A stretch of 29,017 bases of DNA, from the IMG/VR virus record IMGVR_UViG_3300017766_003568, positions 1 through 29,017 of that record, one strand, 5' to 3'. The number at the start of each line of letters is the position of its first letter. Position 1 is the stretch's first letter. Positions 26,519-29,017 of the stretch are shown in pieces. Position numbers and translations under genes: made by a program. The notes under the pieces were generated by a model that was given only the letters and a program-made list of their open reading frames with translations, ran no database searches and had not been told where the DNA came from. This stretch comes from a virus (taxonomy: Duplodnaviria > Caudoviricetes).

Positions 26519-28564
26519 ATGGCTAATCCAATTGATCCCTGTTTACCTTTTCAACCGGGTGAAACCTCGGAGGGATCTTATTTTATTAATGGTGGAACAG
26601 TTGTAACCCCAGAGGATGATGGTGACGATATTACTCTGCCGAGGTATTCTATTAGGTCTAGAAATTCAAATGTTCAAACTATATCTACCACAACTCTCGA
26701 AGATTCACAATACGAAAATTATTTAAAGACTGATTTAGGTGATTTAATCATAGATGAACGCTATTTTCCTACAATAATAGCATCTTCTACATATAATCCA
26801 AAGAGTGCTAATTTTTCTGATATAGAAATACTAGGGCCTGAAATAGATGCTTCTATTTTTAACTTAACAGAACGAACTGATTTATCTTTATCAGGAAGCA
26901 ATACAAATTTAACTAGCCTTCGTGATGAATTTATAAAAAAATCCATTCGAGAAGAAATAAAAAATATTTTATATAATTTGTATTTACCTGATGGAAGAAG
27001 GGCTGGAGAGGCTGTAATAAATAAAAGTTTTAAAGTTAGAACTATAAATGGAACTTTGTCTAAAGTAAACCAACGATACGCATTAAGATTAGCCATTCGT
27101 GCTTCGCTTGCACAAATTAATGCATCTTCTAATCTAACTAATAAAGTTGTTACTGCTACTTATGGAAAAACAGTAAAAGAAATTTTAGCTTCAAGAGTTA
27201 ACAATTTATTAAATTTAACACAAACCGTTTCTACATCCACAAATACAGTTATTTCCTCAGATATAAATAGAGCTATGGATAGAGTAGAATCGGAAAAAAT
27301 ATCCCTCTATCCTGAAAATTACACTACAGGAGAAAAAGAATTATTAAAACTTTGGTATGTTTTACCAGAGGACATATATGCTAAAACTTTAGTTATTGAT
27401 TCTCTAGGTAACAATATAAAATTAAAAATTTTAAATTCAGAGAAAATACCTGTTGTTACTTCTGGATACGAGTCTACTGGAGTGTCTGTGCTAGAATATG
27501 ATTATGATGCTTGTGTTATTACTGAATCTGGACATGAGATAGTTCCTTCAGATAATCAGCTAGATCGTGCATATACTTTAAATAACAATGTTGAGCAAGC
27601 ATGTCTTTTTGATGCTCAAAATAAATATAGGGTAGTTTTAACGGTAAGTTCTCCCGCAGCGTCTAATTTAGAATTAAATTACGATTTATCTGCGGAAAGA
27701 CCACTTCAATATGTGTTTTTGCTTGACAAGGATAGTATCGAGGATATTCCCTCTGATGGGTCTTTATTTGTCAGAAAAACAAAAGCAAATTATACTATTC
27801 AAACAGATTATAATATTATCCAACAAAATATACAATTTAGACCTTACCCATGGTTAGTTTTGCCTGTAGATCATAACGACCCAATATTAGGTCATTTTAG
27901 TAATAATTCAATATATACATTGCAGTTTACAAATTTTAGTTTATATCAATTTGGAGACGATGCAACTGGGCCGATCTTAGTCAGGAAAATCCCTAAGTGT
28001 GTAATTCTTCAACCTACAGATAAATATGAATTATTATTCTACGGGGGTTATTCTAGACTTGTTGATTGGAATACCCGAACTTTAGATTTTACTTTGAGTC
28101 CAGATCCACAATATTATAATACTAATTTAAAAGATCATTACTTTGCATCTTTAGAATTAGCTTATCCTAATGAAGATATAACAAGTGAATATTCTGAAAC
28201 TGGAATGAGAGCAGTATTTTCTAGTGCTACTGCAACCCTAGACAATTTATTTACTGATGGTTCTGAACCTGAGCGAACTGCACATGGATTCCGTGCCGCA
28301 GTTAATATAGCATCTAGCTTACACAACACCTATTATGTAGATGAGGGGTTACTTTGGACAGATGTATATAAAAGAATGACTGCTACTCAATATTATAATT
28401 TTAAAATGGGAATTCCAAATTATATGATTGATAGATTTAGGCTAGGTGAAAAAACCGGAGTTAAAATATTTCACAATAAAGCAGATATATTAGCGGTGGA
28501 ATCTCGTTTACTTGGACTAAAACCCAATAAAACAGACGATTTACCTATTTACTTAGAGGTTTAA
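26519..28564 (+). CDS. Hypothetical protein (681 aa), probably virion-associated
   Basis: Long ORF inside the tail operon with no motif I recognise. Confidence 0.7.
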   Translation: MANPIDPCLPFQPGETSEGSYFINGGTVVTPEDDGDDITLPRYSIRSRNSNVQTISTTTLEDSQYENYLKTDLGDLIIDERYFPTIIASSTYNPKSANFSDIEILGPEIDASIFNLTERTDLSLSGSNTNLTSLRDEFIKKSIREEIKNILYNLYLPDGRRAGEAVINKSFKVRTINGTLSKVNQRYALRLAIRASLAQINASSNLTNKVVTATYGKTVKEILASRVNNLLNLTQTVSTSTNTVISSDINRAMDRVESEKISLYPENYTTGEKELLKLWYVLPEDIYAKTLVIDSLGNNIKLKILNSEKIPVVTSGYESTGVSVLEYDYDACVITESGHEIVPSDNQLDRAYTLNNNVEQACLFDAQNKYRVVLTVSSPAASNLELNYDLSAERPLQYVFLLDKDSIEDIPSDGSLFVRKTKANYTIQTDYNIIQQNIQFRPYPWLVLPVDHNDPILGHFSNNSIYTLQFTNFSLYQFGDDATGPILVRKIPKCVILQPTDKYELLFYGGYSRLVDWNTRTLDFTLSPDPQYYNTNLKDHYFASLELAYPNEDITSEYSETGMRAVFSSATATLDNLFTDGSEPERTAHGFRAAVNIASSLHNTYYVDEGLLWTDVYKRMTATQYYNFKMGIPNYMIDRFRLGEKTGVKIFHNKADILAVESRLLGLKPNKTDDLPIYLEV

Positions 28565-28565
28565 T

Positions 28566-28868
28566 ATGGCATTTATAAAAACAGATAATCCAATAGATTT
28601 TTCTGGGGGGGATTCTTGTCATGGACCCACAGCACCACTCCCATCTCAAAAAAATGTTAAAATTAATGGAAACGGAATCATGTTATTTGTAACAAGTGGG
28701 TATGGCCCGGGTGGGTGTATTGAAGGTCCACATGCTCGTCTTTGTTTATGGCCTATCATAGGACACCCTAATCTTAGAGTTAATGGAACTCCTGTTTTTA
28801 CTTCTGACGATTTTGTTCAATGTGCAGAACCAGCGGGGGCTGGAATTTTCCCAGTTTTCGCAAACTAA
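28566..28868 (+). CDS. PAAR-like spike tip protein (T4 gp5.4-like)
   Basis: 100 aa with threefold pattern NVKING / NLRVNG / PVFAN, D..GGDSCH at the start, GPH, and D.VQC. GAGGT SD. Confidence 0.8.
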   Translation: MAFIKTDNPIDFSGGDSCHGPTAPLPSQKNVKINGNGIMLFVTSGYGPGGCIEGPHARLCLWPIIGHPNLRVNGTPVFTSDDFVQCAEPAGAGIFPVFAN

Positions 28869-28882
28869 AAAATAAAAAATTT

Positions 28883-28912
28883 TGTAAATAACCTTTTTTA
28901 GGTATAAATAAC
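28883..28912 (+). promoter_or_regulatory. T4-type late promoter-like box(es)
   Basis: Exact TATAAATA at 28903-28910 and TGTAAATA at 28883-28890, in the only sizeable intergenic gap, upstream of the ATG at 28947. Confidence 0.65.
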
Positions 28913-28946
28913 AATAGGGATAGATTCCCACAAAGGATTTAAAATT

Positions 28947-29017
28947 ATGAAGCACTTAAATATATCAGATGACGCAATGAAAATTATTCTCGAAAACTCA
29001 GCTTGGGCTGATTTTGG
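28947..29017 (+). CDS. Start of a hypothetical protein, truncated at the right edge
   Basis: AAAGGA SD, then ATG giving MKHLNISDDAMKIILENSAWADF, open to the end of the window. Confidence 0.65.
   Translation, partial: MKHLNISDDAMKIILENSAWADF

Noticed and set aside
805-28868. None of the 18 complete genes ends in TAG (9 TAA, 9 TGA), suggesting possible amber recoding
   Set aside because: Genes are full length and tightly abutting under the standard code, with no in-frame TAG needing readthrough. TAG is normally rare, and many TGA stops are explained by ATGA/TGATG coupling.
2294-28868. Bacterial extracellular contractile injection system, tailocin or T6SS
   Set aside because: The adjacent phage-type primase and nuclease, the T4-like gp6 and late promoter box, and the absence of host genes or an Afp15-like ATPase favour a phage genome. 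Capsid genes are not in the window, so this is not formally proven.
2824-28955. Short ORFs in the track that are antisense or out of frame within long genes (2824, 4127, 4803, 8279, 8946, 11059, 12673, 16589, 17674, 19749, 22593, 23795, 25508, 26761, 28746)
   Set aside because: They lie wholly or mostly inside well-supported genes, show shadow-frame composition and have no recognisable motifs.
1-29017. tRNA, rRNA or intrinsic terminators
   Set aside because: Intergenic gaps are under 80 nt, and I found no cloverleaf or GC-rich stem followed by a U-tract.

Overview
This is a 29 kb segment of a large tailed (myovirus-type, distantly T4-like) bacteriophage genome, almost entirely coding and AT-rich. 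The left end (1-2358) has four genes on alternating strands with almost no intergenic DNA: a DnaG/TOPRIM primase running off the left edge (absent from the ORF track), an Fe-S PD-(D/E)XK Cas4/AddB-like nuclease and two small genes. From 2294 to 28868 a single + strand, tightly coupled tail/baseplate operon follows: tape measure-like, tube-initiator-like, gp53/LysM-like, hub, gp5-like spike, LamG protein, gp25, gp6, gp7/gpI-like, two tail-collar-like paralogs, two fibre-like proteins, an unknown 681 aa protein and a PAAR-like tip. A TATAAATA late-promoter-like box and the start of another gene close the window. No capsid, sheath, integrase, RNA gene, CRISPR array or mobile element is visible. 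All product calls come from motif recognition and gene order, not database searches. The most notable observations are about 14 RCC1/BLIP-II blades inserted (apparently nested) in a collar-type protein, 17 of 17 Pro-Gly junctions avoiding CCWGG, a pervasive x-S-[GAS] motif in outer virion proteins, and overlapping head-to-head start codons of primase and nuclease. I cannot establish a wholly new system from the sequence alone.
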